Origin: Neocallimastix sp. 'constans'
Taxonomy: Eukaryota
Reading direction: 5' to 3'
Assembly (NCBI GenBank): GCA_050613775.1
Contig: JBODTK010000011.1
Location: 806,001 to 870,000 of the forward strand
Length of the DNA stretch: 64,000 nucleotides
Below are positions 1-13,665 of this stretch, one piece after another. The notes beneath the pieces are model-generated. The model made no database searches. It saw only the letters and a program-made list of their open reading frames with translations, and had not been told where the DNA came from. A program made the translations under genes and the position numbers. Every line of letters starts with the position of its first letter. Position 1 is the stretch's first letter.

Positions 1-3000
1 GATATCTTTGATCATACCCTTCCAGTAAAAATCTCTTCTCAGCCTATGATAGGTTTTATAAATGCCCTCATGTCCTATAGTATGAGCTGCATTTATTAAT
101 TTCCATTTTTCTTCTTGATTGTTGATAACTTTCCTTAATATATTATTTTGTTTATAATATAGTATATTATCTATTTTAACAAATTTTTGATTAATATAAT
201 TTTCTAAAAAATTATTTAAACAATTTCCACTATCCACAACATTATTGTTATTATTGTCATCAACTTTATTATTGTTATTATTAATATTATTATTACTATT
301 ATAAGGATCATTAATATTAATAAATATATTATTAATTTCTTCTTTTTTATCTTTATTATTATTTTCTAAAATTTTATATTCTTCAATTTTTTCATTTAGT
401 ATTCTTGTATTATTAACGCTATTAATAATATTATTATTTTTATTTTCATTATTTAGATTTTTATTGACATCCTTATTTTCATTATTTAAATTTTTATTTT
501 TATTTTTATTTTCATTATCCTCAATATTAATTTTATTTTTGACTTTATTGTTATTTTCCTTAATAGTAAATTTATTTTTATTATTTTTGAAAGTGAATTT
601 ATTAATGTTTTCATTAATAATATTTTTATTATTATTTTCATTTGTAATATTTGTAATTTTGCTTTTATCTTTAATATTATCTCCATTATTTATTAACTTT
701 TCCTTTAAATCATTTTTATATTTTCCAACGTTATTAGTTTCTTTGTTTTGGTTATTAAATAACCCCTCCCCCTCCTTAAAATTGTTATTAATATTTAAAG
801 AATTTTTATTGTCATTGATATTAATTTTATAATCTTTTTTAACAGACATTCTAGATAAAGCATCAGCAACTACGTTTTTCTTACCTTCTTCATATTTAAC
901 ATTAATTTTTAAAGTACTAAATTCTGTTATCCATCTTACATGGCGACTGGAAGTAGGTTCCTTATTATTAAAAATATAAACTAATGGTTTGTGGTCAGTA
1001 AAAAGAATAGTTTCAAAACTATTGCCTGTAAGAAAAGGTTTAAATTTTTTTACACAATAGAAAGCAGCTAGACCTTCAAGTTCTGTTATACTATAGTTGT
1101 TTTCAGCGTTAGATAGAGTTCTACTTTCATAATATAAGGGTTTTTCAATGTTATTATCATCAAGTTGTAATAGTACTCCTCCAATACCCGCTTTTGATGC
1201 ATCAGTACGAATTATAAATGGCTTATTAAAATTAGGAGGTGATAAAATTGGAGCTTTAACTAGTTGAGTTTTTAAATATTCAAAGGCTATATTACATTTA
1301 GTAGACCAAATAAAAGGAGTATCTTTCTTAGTTAGTTCATATAAGGGTTTAGCAATTTGAGCAAAATTACTAATAAATTTCCGGTAGTACCCAATTGCTC
1401 AAAGGAATGAACGTAATTGTTTAATATTAGTAGGAGGTAACCAATTAGTAATTATTTCAATTTTAGAAATCATAGGTTTAATACCTTTAGTTGATAGAGT
1501 GTGACCTAATAAATCGACTTCTTCTTGAAAGAAGTGGCATTTTTCGAAATTGACTTTGAGTCCATTATTATTAAGAATTTGGAATACTTTTTCAATGTCT
1601 TTTACGTGTTGTTCCAACGAACTAGAATAAATAACTAAATCATCAATATAGATAAAAACACATACACCAATTAGATCAAAGAAAATTCTATTCATCTCCC
1701 TTTGGAAGGTTGCGGGAGCATTACAAAGACCAAACGGCATGACTTCAAAATTAAAATTGCCATACAAAGTAGTAAAACAAGTAATATCTTTATCATCAGG
1801 ATGCATCGGAATTTGATGATATCCTGAAAATAAGTCAATCGTAGATAATATTGTGGTATCACCACTGATATAATAAAGTATGTCATCAATAAGAGGAAGA
1901 GCATATGCATCCTTTAAAGTACAGTTATTAATCTTCCTATAATCAACACACATTCTAACTTGTCCATTTTTCTTCGGAACAAGTACAACGGGGGAAGACC
2001 ACGGAGAACTAGAAGGTACTATTAATTTATTATTAATTAATTTAATTAATTCTCTTTTTAATGCGTCAGCTTGTACTTTTGAAACACGATATGCGCGTTG
2101 TTTTATGGGTTCTGTTCCAGGAATTAAATTTATTCTGTGAGGATATAATTTTGAGGATCCCAAATCATCAGTTTTTAACGCTAGTACACTAATGTATTCT
2201 AAAAATAAATTTTCAACACTTGATTTTAGATGTTCTGGTAGTTTATTAATAATAGAATAAATCATCTCAAATTTTGTCTTAGTATCGTTAATGGGTACGT
2301 TATCTTTATTGTCTATTACTTCATTTGTTATGACTAAAAGTGCTGGTATTAAATAAGTATTAATATTGTGTAATTTATTTTTATATTCTTTATCATTTAC
2401 TTTAGCTTTATGTAATTTAGAAGGTTCATTTATTTCATCATTAAAATTTCTTTCTGAAACATTTTTAAGTGAATTATGAGAATTTAATTTTGACATATCA
2501 TTATTAATATTTTCAGTATTTATTTTAGAATTATTTATTTTTTTATAAATGATTTCGTTATTTTTATTTTCAATCTTATTTATTTGTTCAGTAATTATTT
2601 TAGGATTATTTATTTTATTATTAGAGATATCATTATTATTTTTTTCAATATTATTTAAATTTGAATTAATATTATTATCAATTATAACATCAAGAAAACA
2701 TGATGGATCATCTTTAAAATTATTAATATGAATATTTGGAATATCAGATTCCACATAAATAAAGAAGGTATTATTATCATTATTATTTATATCCAACTCA
2801 TCATTTAATTTATTTTCATTAATGTCAGAACATTCATCACTTAAACTATCATCATTATTATTTTCATCTAATTCTTGATCACCTTCATTTGTTTCATCAG
2901 TAGGTTTAAGATTAACATCATAAAATAATGAGGCTAGTTTAACAAAATTATTATTATCATCAATATGATACAGAGTATCATTTACTAAGTTTATATCAAA

Positions 3001-4806
3001 ACGATTTCTTTTTAAAGTATCAACACCAATTAATATATCAAATATATCATCTTTCTCTATTTTTCTAAAATAATCTACAAATGTGTAATTTCCAATAGTT
3101 ATTGATAATTCATAAATATCAGAGTCAATAGAATTATTTGAATAAACTTGAAAAATCTTCTCTGATATTCTTCCAATAGGATTTTTATTAATATTATATT
3201 TTTTCAGAGCTGAGGATGTAATTAAATTTACACTAGCACAAGAGTCAAGGAATATTTCTACTGGTTTTTTATCAACTGTTCCTTTGACTTTAATCACCTT
3301 GTGCTGACTTATAATATTCATAACATTAATTAATGAAGTATTTGCTTTTGTTGTATTATTCCCTTTTCCTTCTGTTAAACGTAAAGCTTTAGTAAATTCT
3401 GATCTAAACTTTGGGAATAAGTCTAATAAGTAAACTAGTTTTGTTATTACTTCAGTTGAAGCTACCTCCTTAATTAAATCATTTATTTTATATTCTTTAA
3501 AAGTTTCCATCATTTTAATGTGTTTTTCCGGTTTATTAAATTCTTGAGTGATGGCTATTTTATTATTATTATTTTCTTCACTTAATATTTCTTTTATTTT
3601 TTCCTTTTTATTAATTTTTTTAGCATTCCTTATATTTGGTTGATTAATTACCGAAAGGTCAAGGTAATTTAATTTATTTGTATCTATATTATTATTATCC
3701 TTATCTTGTAATATATTATTTTTCGGAGAATTATTATTATGTATTTCTTTTTTCTTAGTTATTAAATTTTCATTATTTTTAGAGTTAGTAATATTACTGT
3801 GTTTTTTATTATTTATTTCTGTATCTGTTAGAGAAATATTATCATGAATTTCAATTATATCATTAAAAGAAACATTTTTATTATTAGTTTTTGGAATATT
3901 TTTTTCATTAATTATATCAAATTTTCTAATAGTGTTATTTATTTCTTCATTATTTGGGAAATCATTAGTTGTCACATTAATTTCTTCCGTTTCCATATTT
4001 GAGTTTGTAGATTTATTAATTTTATTATTTAATTTACTTTGAATCTTTTTTTTTATTGCAGGTGTGATAATTGGGACAGGATTATCTGTTAACTTTTTCT
4101 TAACTTCTTTTAGAAAAGGAGTTGATTTTGAATTATTTTTATTTCCTTTTTTCTGAACCACTGCCGCAATTTCCTCCACTTCATCATTATCATTGAAATC
4201 ATTATTATATTCATTTATTTCATCATTTTCAATATTATTTTCTTCTTTGTTTAAATAATAAATATTACTATTTTTTTCCATGTAATTTTGATTATTAGAA
4301 TAATCAGGATAATTATTATATTTATTAACTTCATCTTCATAATAATCATTATGCATTAAATGTTCATTATTATCATAATTACTCTCATTTAATTTTATAT
4401 TATTAGAAAAGTTATTATTTTCAACATTACTATTATATTTATTGTTGTTTATAATTTCGCCCTCCATTTTAAAATTGTTTTTATTATTAATATTGTTAAT
4501 ATTATTTATATTATCATTATCACTTGTATAATTATTAATATTTTTAAAATTATTATATATAACATTGTTAGGAGAATTATCATAATTCATGTTGCTATTA
4601 ATTTTTTTTATTTTGTCACTATCATTATTATAATTATATTTTCCATTATCATTATAAAGAATTTTATTAGTTTCCATTATATGATTATTATTATTTAAAT
4701 CTAATGAATATGTTAAATTCACATATTCGTTATTATTGTTTTTATTATAGTTAATATTTTGTTGATTGGTTTGTTTAGTGGAAGTTATCCTTCTCCCAAT
4801 ATTTAG
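1..4806 (-). pseudogene. pol: E1 pol (PR-RT-RNase H-IN), interrupted by an in-frame TGA at 1399-1401
   Basis: ORF 1399-4722 ends LRSFL*, where E2 reads LRSFLGAIGYYRK (GGA to TGA). The same frame continues AIGYYRKF...FYWKGMIKDI to position 1. The frame is open upstream to the slippery site at 4806-4812. Confidence 0.92.
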
Positions 4807-4812
4807 TTTAAA
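4776..4812 (-). promoter_or_regulatory. E1 putative -1 programmed ribosomal frameshift: U UUA AAC slippery heptamer plus downstream hairpin
   Basis: Minus strand reads CAT TTA AAC TAA atat TGGGAG aaggataa CTTCCA. The -1 frame runs open into pol. Confidence 0.8.
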
Positions 4813-5992
4813 TGATTATTATTAAGAAGTCCTTTTTCCTCCATTTCTGCTAATTGCTTAAATGTATAAGGGCATTTATTACTCTTGTGTTCTTCTTGGT
4901 AACAACGATGGCAATATAATGTAGAATTTGGGCTGTTTAAATCTAACCCTTGCTGAATTCTATTTTGAATATCGGAGTTATTAATAAATTGTTCTTTTCT
5001 ATTTTTTATATACGGATTTTTGATTTGATTATTTTGATCATGATAATTATTATATCCTTGAATATTATTATAATTATTTTATGGAACTCCAGCATTATAA
5101 TTATTAGTTCCATTGTTTATATAATTAAAATTATTATTTCTTCTATTACTGCTATTATTAAAATTATTTATATTTCCATTTGTACGGTATTTACCATAAG
5201 GATTATTGAGTGTAGCTCTATTTGGATTATATAAATTAAAATTATTACTATTATTAAAAGAATATTCATTATTATTAGTATTCCAGTTATTGTTAATCAT
5301 ATTATTATTTTGTTGATAATTATTTCTTGGATCTGCATTAAAATAATTAAATGTAGGATTTCTATTTCTTCTTGGGAAACTAGTATTTTGAGTCAACATA
5401 GATAAATTTCTAATATTTCTTTTATTGTTAGTTGTTCTAATTTGATATTCTTCATTACTATTATTATTATCTGGTTTGTTCCATTCCTTCTCTGCTTCTT
5501 CAGCCGTTTCAGCAATTTCATAAGCTTCATTCAAGGAATCACATTTAGACATAAATACTTGAGAATAAGCAAAATTCCTTGACTTTATAGCGTTCCTATA
5601 AGTTTTTACTGAAACAATTTTTTGGTAGTCTCTTGACAGATCGTGATATAATCTTCTATATCTATCATTAAAAGTTTTTATTGTTTCATTTTCTTTAATT
5701 TTTAATCCTTGAAGGTAGGTCAACTTATCTCCTTCGGTAATTCCAAGATGTTCTTCTACTGCCTTTTGAATTTCCTTAAGAGAAGGGTACACACCTGTTC
5801 TTTTATTTATTAGTCTTCTTAAAACGGCTTTAGTATTTGAATCCACAGCTTCAGAAGCCCAAGTAAAAATTCTTTCCGGGTCTTTTATATTGCAAACTCT
5901 CATTAAGTTGCTAAGGTCTTCAATCCAATCCACTACATTATTTTCATAGTCTTCTAACATAGGGAGGACTTTATAAATTTTCAAAGAATCCA

Positions 5993-5993
<1 letters not shown>
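4803..5993 (-). pseudogene. gag: E1 gag with an in-frame premature TAA at 5079-5081
   Basis: ORF 5079-5993 resembles E2 Gag (e.g. LKIKENETIKTFN vs LKIKRNETIKGFN). Past the TAA the same frame encodes the knuckle CHRCYQEEHKSNKC and ends ...NHLN* at 4803. Confidence 0.88.
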
Positions 5994-6040
<47 letters not shown>

Positions 6041-6433
6041 ATTTATTATTTTTTTTTTTATAATGTATATTATATATTACTATTTATTTTTATTATAAAT
6101 ATATAATTCTCTGATTTTCTTGGCTATTTGTTTTAAATTTTCAAGGCTGTGAATTATATCTACTCTCTTGACTTACTCAATTTTCGATTCTATTCACCCT
6201 TTATTCTCTTTAAAACAAATCCAGTACTCTCTCAGTATTAATATATTTTTATAAATGAATTTATATTTTTTAAAATATTTATAAAATAACCACAATTTAT
6301 TATAAATTTTTTTTTTTTTTTTTTTTTTATAAAATTTTTTTTTTTTTATAATTTTTTTTTTATAAATTTTTTTTTATAATTATTATTTATTTAATTTTTA
6401 TACTATATTTTCACGATATTTTCCTGCTTGCTT

Positions 6434-6451
6434 CGCCCGGATTCTCCACCA
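6434..6451 (-). promoter_or_regulatory. E1 primer-binding site, complementary to a tRNA-Ala 3' end
   Basis: Minus strand TGGTGGAGAATCCGGGCG. The + strand CGCCCGGATTCTCCACCA looks like a tRNA 3' end with CCA, discriminator A and U70, consistent with the G3:U70 pair of tRNA-Ala. It is identical to the E2 PBS. Confidence 0.85.
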
Positions 6452-6459
6452 AAAATGGT

Positions 6460-6992
6460 TGATACAATTAATTTAAAAAGTATCATAAAATATGGGAAAA
6501 GCAAGAGGGAATTAATCAAGAAATATCGTATTTATGAAATAGTATAATAATTATTATATATTTATATAATACACTCAAATTATTATTTTAGAATATAATG
6601 TTCATTTTATTATGTTTATTTATTAAAATTATTCACTTTATTATATTTATTTATTAAAATAATTATTCACTATTATTCATTCTCAATTAATACATTTCAA
6701 TAAAAATAAAAACACAACATTTTTTTTTATAATTAAAACTTCCTAATTTTTATCTTATTATTCTCTATATTATTATTATTTAAAATTTGTACTTTTACAT
6801 AATTAATTATATTATATATATTTTTATAATAAACTTATATTAATAATAAAATAATAAAATAATTTTATAATATTATATCTTATTAAATATTAATTTTAAC
6901 TTATTTAGAAAATATTAATAATAAAATTATTTACAATAATATTTAAAATAATAATTATATCACTTTACATTCTTATTAAATATCTCGTATCA
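6460..6992 (-). repeat. E1 5' LTR (~533 bp)
   Basis: Lies next to the PBS and has perfect 6-bp terminal inverted repeats TGATAC...GTATCA. The partner LTR is outside the window. The PBS-side boundary could alternatively be the TG at 6456. Confidence 0.78.
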
Positions 6993-6997
6993 GTAAC

Positions 6998-7525
6998 TGT
7001 TGAGGTTCATATTAGAAAAGGAGTGTGAACATTAAATAAATAGATAAATTAAATAACTACTAAATTACACTAAAAGAATTTATTATTACACATTATAAAT
7101 TTTATTTAAAGAATTATTATTAAAAATATTTATCATTTATAAATTATATAATTATTTTATTGTTAAAAATAACTTTATTAATATTAATATTTATTATTAT
7201 AACAATATGGGAAACCTTTCCAATTATTATTCCTATTTCATTATCACTGCTATTTCTACTATTTCTTTTCTCAGAAAGGCCCCCTTCATAAAATAATATG
7301 GATAATACATATTTTATATTATTTAATTACATTATTAAAACCAATCATATGAATTAATTAATTACATAAATTTAATATTTAAAATAATAAAATATAACTA
7401 ATATAAAAATTATTAATATAGAATATAAGAAAATTATTAATAGTAAAGAATATAATAATATATTTTTATATAATAAATTATTAAAAATTTAATTAAAAAT
7501 ATCATTATTATTCTATTCTTTATCA
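6998..7525. mobile_element. Probable solo LTR of a third family (528 bp)
   Basis: Begins TG (TGTTGA) and ends CA (TTATCA). It is flanked by a 4-bp direct repeat TAAC (6994-6997 and 7526-7529), is LTR-sized, and sits between E1 and E2. No second copy is in the window. Confidence 0.65.
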
Positions 7526-7530
7526 TAACT

Positions 7531-8135
7531 TGATACGATATTTTATTAAATACCGTATATGTTGGGCGTTTGTGCAAAAGGGAATTACTCCAAGAATATT
7601 ATATTACAATAATTATATTTACTTTTTATTTATTTATCTTTTATTATTTTATTTATTATATTTTATCATAAAAAAAAAAAATACATGTTTTATTATTATT
7701 CATTAAAAAAAAGAAAATATTTATTTATAAATTATTTTCATAATTATATTTTTACTAATTTTATAAATTTTATTTATCGAAACACTAAAATTAATTAATA
7801 AATATAAATATTCATAACTTTTTACTTATAACTATTAATTCATATTGTTTAACATTATTTAAAAATTATTTTAATATTAACATCAATTTAATTAAACATT
7901 CAATCTCCGTTATAATTAATATAACTAATTTTACTATATAATCAACAATTCTTTTAATATTTTTAATATTATTATTTAATTTAATATTTTAATAATTATT
8001 AATAATAATAAATTATCTTTAATAATATATTTTAAGATTCATTATATAAAATTAATTTTTAATAAATATTTATATTAATAATTTTTCTAAATAATTTTTC
8101 TATTATTTTATATTATTTCTACTGGACATGCATCA
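7531..8135 (-). repeat. E2 3' LTR
   Basis: Direct repeat of 16105-16709 (TGATAC...GCATCA). I saw only one mismatch by eye (A8027 vs T16601). Confidence 0.97.
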
Positions 8136-8181
8136 AGATGCCCCCACTTAGCTTAGACTTCGTCCCTTGAAGTCTATAAGC
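8136..8181 (-). promoter_or_regulatory. E2 atypical polypurine-tract region with an adjacent hairpin
   Basis: Minus strand AAGTGGGGGCATCT lies immediately before the 3' LTR. Inverted repeat AGACTTC/GAAGTCT at 8155-8175. Confidence 0.5.
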
Positions 8182-8302
8182 ATATTAAAATATTTATTAA
8201 ACTAATAATACTATTATATATTTTATGATATTTTTTATATATATATATATATATTTTTTTTATATTTTTTTTTTTTTTTTTTATATTTTTTATATATATC
8301 AT

Positions 8303-8353
<51 letters not shown>

Positions 8354-8358
<5 letters not shown>

Positions 8359-11300
8359 GATTATAATTTAGGAAATTACTAATATATGGAATTACATTTT
8401 TTAGATGAATGTTTCTCTCTGCAATTTCGTTCGTATAAGGATCACATACTGTGACAGTATTAAATTGCTGTTTAACTATTTTTAATGGTCCGATATAATA
8501 AGGGTCTAGTTTCCTTCGATTGAAATTTCTAACTAAAACTAGGTCTCCTGGTTTGAATTCACTTCTTAATCTTTTAATCTGTCTTCTCCTATCTTTCCAT
8601 AATTCATTTGCAGTTTCAATATTTTTGATTGCTTCAGAAATCCAATTATGGTGATTAATAAATTTTCGAACAAAATATTCTTCTTCTGATTCTTCAGGAA
8701 ATCTTTTGTCAATATTAATTGCTAATTCAAATGGTTGTAAGTCTTTCCTACCATAGAGTAATTCGAAACTACTAAATTTAGTAACTTCATTTTTTGTTGT
8801 TCTTAAAGCCCAAAGTGCACTAGGTAAAATATCATCCCATTCTTGATTTTGTTTACTTAATTCTTTAAATTGGCTTTTAAGAATTCTAATATATTTGACT
8901 ATTTCTCTATTCCTATTTTCTACTTCTCCGTTGGAAGCAGGATGATAAGTACTAATATAATGTACATAGACATCATTTAAATCTAGGAAAGCTTTTGTTT
9001 TATCAGATATGAATTGCGGGCCATTATCAGTAATTAGTATCTCTGGAATCCCGTGTCTTGAAAATATATTATTTAAAAATCTAATGACATCTTCTGATTC
9101 TGTTTTGGCTAATGCTTCAGCTTCCACCCATTTTGTTAAATAATCTACAAGTACTATTATATATTTATTACCTCTGAAAGATTCGTATAAGGGTCCAACT
9201 AAATCCAATCCTACCCGAGTAAAAGGTAAACCTGGGGGTGTAGCTAAATCTTCTGTAAATACATTCGGTGGTTGTGGTTTACATAATTGACATACATGAC
9301 AAGATTTAATAAATAATCTGATATCCTTATTCATTCCTATCCAATAATAGTTCCTTTTCAAACGATGGTAGGTCTTAAAGTTACCTTCATGTCCTAAACA
9401 ATGAGCTTTACTAATAAGTTCCCATTTTTCATTATCATTAAATATTACTTTTCTTAATTCATTATTATCTTTATAATACTGTACTCCATCAATTAATACA
9501 AATTTCTGGTTTATTATTTTTTTATAGAAATCATTTAGTATTTCAGTACTATCATCAATATCATTATTATTGGTATTAACATGATTAATATTATTATTAT
9601 TATTATCTTTATTATTAAAACTATGTTTATTATTTTCTTCAGTTTGAAATACCATATAATTCACATTCAATTTATTTTCCACTCCATTATTTTCACTATT
9701 ATTATTATGTAATTTATTATTAAACTTATTAATGTTATTTACATTATTTTTAATTTCCTCATATTCCATTTTGTAATTTTCATTATTACTATTGATCTTA
9801 ATTTCATCCACTAACTCTTTTATTTTATTAATTTTAGTATTTTTCTTATTTCTAATTTCTTCATTATTTTTAATTTCACAATTTTGAATTTCATTATTTA
9901 TAACTTGGTTGAATACATCTTTATTATTATTTTTTATATTATTTCTTTTATTTTTATTTTTTATATGTTTATCATCATTTTTCATATTTTTGATTATATA
10001 TTTTTCATTGTTAGAATATAATCTAGATAGTGCATCAGCAACTACATTCCTCCTCCCCTCTTCATATAACACTTTAACTTTTAAAATACTGAACTCAGTT
10101 ATCCATTTGACATGCCTTGCTGAAGAAGGTTCTTTATTTTTAAATATGTAAACTAAAGGCTTATGATCGGTATAAAGAATTGTCTCAAAACTATTACCAG
10201 TGAGAAAAGGTTTAAATTTCATGACACAGTAAAATGCGGCAAGCCCCTCAAGTTCTGTAATGCTATAATTGATTTCAGAATTGGAAAGTGTCCTACTTTC
10301 ATAATATAATGGCTTCTCAATGTTGTCATCGTCTAACTGAAGTAGTACCCCGCCAATTCCTGATTTAGATGCATCTGAACGAACAATAAATGGTTTATCA
10401 AAATTTGGAGGTGACAATATAGGTGCATTAATAAGACGAATTTTTAAAAATTCAAATGCATTATTAGATTCGGTAGACCAAACAAAAGGAACATTCTTTT
10501 TTGTTAAATCATATAAAGGTTTAGCAGTTTGGGCAAAATGGCTAATGAATTTCCGGTAATATCCAATTGCCCCTAAGAAAGAACGTAACTGTTTTAAATT
10601 AGAAGGAGGTAACCAATTAGCAATAACTTTTATTTTAGAATTCATAGGTTTAATACCCTTAGTAGAAAGAGTATGACCAAGGAGCTCAACTTCTTCTTTA
10701 AAGAAATCACATTTTTCAAAATTCACTTTTAATCCATTATTAGCAAGAATGAGGAATACTTTTTCTAGGTCTTTGATGTGTTGATTTAATGAAGGAGAAT
10801 AAATAACTAAGTCATCTATGTAAATAAAAACACATACTCCGATTAAATCAAAAAATATTCTGTTCATCTCCCTTTGAAAAGTAGCGGGAGCGTTGCATAG
10901 TCCAAAAGGCATAACTTCAAAATTAAAGTTTCCATAAATGGTCGTAAAGCAAGTGATATCTTTATCATCAGAATGCATAGGAATCTGATGGTACCCTGAA
11001 AAGAGATCAATAGTAGACAAAATAGAAATATCACCGCTAACATAGTAAAGTATATCATCTATTAAAGGAAGTGCATAAGCGTCCTTTAATGTACAATTAT
11101 TAATCTTCCTGTAGTCAACACACATTCTCACTTGACCATTCTTTTTCGGTACCAGTACTACAGGAGAAGACCAAGGAGAACTAGAAGGGACAATTAAATT
11201 ATTATTTATAAGTTTAATTAGTTCCTTTTTAAGTGCATCAGCTTGCACTTTTGAAATACGGTAGGCCCTCTGTTTAATAGGTGTTGTTCCTGGTATTAAA

Positions 11301-13633
11301 TTAATTCTATGAGGATATAGCTTTGACGAACCCAAATCGTCAGTTTTCAGTGCAAGAACACTAATATAATTTAAAAATAATTTTTCTACATCAGCTTTCA
11401 AATTTTCTGGTAATTTTTTTACAATAGAGTGAATCATTTCCAGTTTAGATATTGTGTCGTCTGTACAAACCTCGTTTTCATTATGTAGTACTTCATTAGT
11501 TATTAATAAAAGAGATGGAATCAATTGTGTTGTAATATCAACCGTTTTATTCTTATATTCTTTCCTTTCAATATTTCTATCTACTAATTTATAATTACTA
11601 TTTAATTTGTTATTGCCGTTTTGATGAGAATCGATTTTTGATGGAAGTTTAGAATGTAGTATGGGATTTATATTGTTTGTAACTTTAGAATTAATTTTAT
11701 GATCATTTATTTTATAATTGTCAATTTTATCATCATTCTTATTATTATTCGTTTTTATTTTGATATTATTTTCTTTATCGATGTCGACACTATTAAAGAA
11801 AGGTAATTGTACATTAAAATTATTTATGTTAATATTAGGTAACTCTGATTTAGCATATGTAAAAAGTATATTATTATTATCATTATTATTATCATTGTCA
11901 CTCCAACTAGTTTCAGAATCCTCATCATTCTCTTCAGAAGAATTATTATTTATATTATTCTCCTTATTCATATTATTTTCTTTGTCATTAATTCTATTTG
12001 TACTTTCAGAAGGACTCAAGCTAACATCATAAAATAAAGAAGCTAATTCTACAGGATTATTATTTTCATCAATATGATATAAGGTATCATTAACTAAATT
12101 TATATCAAATCTATTTCGTTTAAGTGTGTCAATACCTATTAATATATCAAAGATATCATCCTTATCAATTTTCCTAAAGTAATCGATAAAAGTGTAATTT
12201 CCAATAGATATTTTTAGTTCATAAATATCTGAACAAGTTGAATTGTTGGAATATACCTGAAAAATTTTTTCGGATATTCTCCCAATAGGATTTTTATTAA
12301 TTTTAAATTTCTTTAAAGCCGTAGTGGTAATCAAATTAACGCTAGCACACGAGTCCAAGAAAATTTCAGCTGGTTTCTTATCCACAGTGCCTTTAACTTT
12401 AATCACTTTATGTTGGCTTATAATTGTCATTACATTTATTAAAGATGTATTCAAATTTTTCTTTATTTTCTCTTTTCCTTCGGTTAATTTTAATGCTTTT
12501 GTAAATTCTGACCTGAACTTTGGAAACAGGTCTGACAAATATACTAACTTCGTTATGACTTCGGTTGATGCTACTTCCTTGATAAAGTCCTTAATTTTAA
12601 ATTCATTAAAATCTTCCATCATTTTTATGTGTTTCTCTGGCTTGGAATAACTTTTAACATTGATGGGTATATCATCTTTGTTACTGCTCAGTATTTCATT
12701 TATTTTATTCAATTTATTCGCTTTTTTTACATTTCTAATATTTGGTTGATTGATATAAGAAAGATCCAAATATTCTAATTTATTTGTATTATTATTAGTT
12801 ATTGTTTGATTAGTTGGTGGTTGTGAATCCTCAAAAATTTCAATAGATTCATTGAAAGTAACATTTTTATGATCTTTATTTTCTTTAAATTCTTTACCTT
12901 CTTCTTTTTCTATTGATAGTTTGACATTCGTTCCTCCCTCATCTATTATCATATCAGGTGTTCCTGTAGTTGCTAATTTATTAACGTTTAATTTTCTTTT
13001 CATAATAGTATTTTTCTTCATAGCATTGGTAATAATTGGAACTGGATTATCTATAAGCTTTTTCTTTATTTCTTTGGTATATGGGGAGATTTTTATTGAA
13101 TTATTTTTACCTTTCTTTTGGGCAACAGCGATAATTTCCTCATTATGGTAATTATCAAAATTATTATAAATATTATTTGAATTAGGTTCATTATTAATTT
13201 TCTTTTCATTATCATTTATAGAAATTCTATTTAAATCAATTTCATTGTTACTTTGATCATCATTATTATTTTTATAAGTATTATTTATATTAACATCATT
13301 GTTAACTTGTTTATTAATAGTGTCATTTTCATAGATGTTGTTATGATTACTATTATTTAATTTATAACCGTTACTAGTATTCTTACTAAGATATTCTATA
13401 TTATTTAAGTTATTATTATTATTATTATTGGAATAAATATTATCAATACTTGTATGATTATCATCAAATAAACTGTTTGTATAATTTATTTTATTATTCT
13501 TATTTAAATAATTATTGTTTATATCATAATTATGTGAATTATCATTATAAGGATATCCATTATTTATTACATCATTATTTGAAGTTGCACTAGCATTATA
13601 TGAATTATTATTATTATTATTATTATTATGTAA

Positions 13634-13665
<32 letters not shown>

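Larger units (their letters stand above)
1..6992 (-). mobile_element. Ty3/Gypsy LTR retrotransposon E1 (5' LTR, PBS, gag, PR-RT-RH-start of IN); truncated by the window edge; two nonsense mutations
   Basis: Gag has a CX2CX4HX4C knuckle. Pol shows protease LDSCAS, RT YIDD, RNase H DASKAGIGGVL/TDHKPL/ADALSR and the integrase Zn-finger start HTIGHEG, in Ty3/Gypsy order. The PBS is at 6434-6451 and the LTR is bounded by TGATAC...GTATCA. Confidence 0.95.

Noticed and set aside
5079..5081. Possible programmed stop-codon readthrough in E1 gag (and at the TGA at 1399-1401 in pol)
   Set aside because: E2 has no such stops. The pol TGA replaces a conserved Gly codon in FLGAIGYY, so simple nonsense mutation is more parsimonious.
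464..12650. Short + strand and alternative-frame ORFs overlapping the pol genes (464-832, 2549-2731, 9909-10151, 11718-12032, 12324-12650 and others)
   Set aside because: These are Leu/Phe/Ile-rich antisense shadows of Asn/Lys-rich coding sequence, with no independent support.
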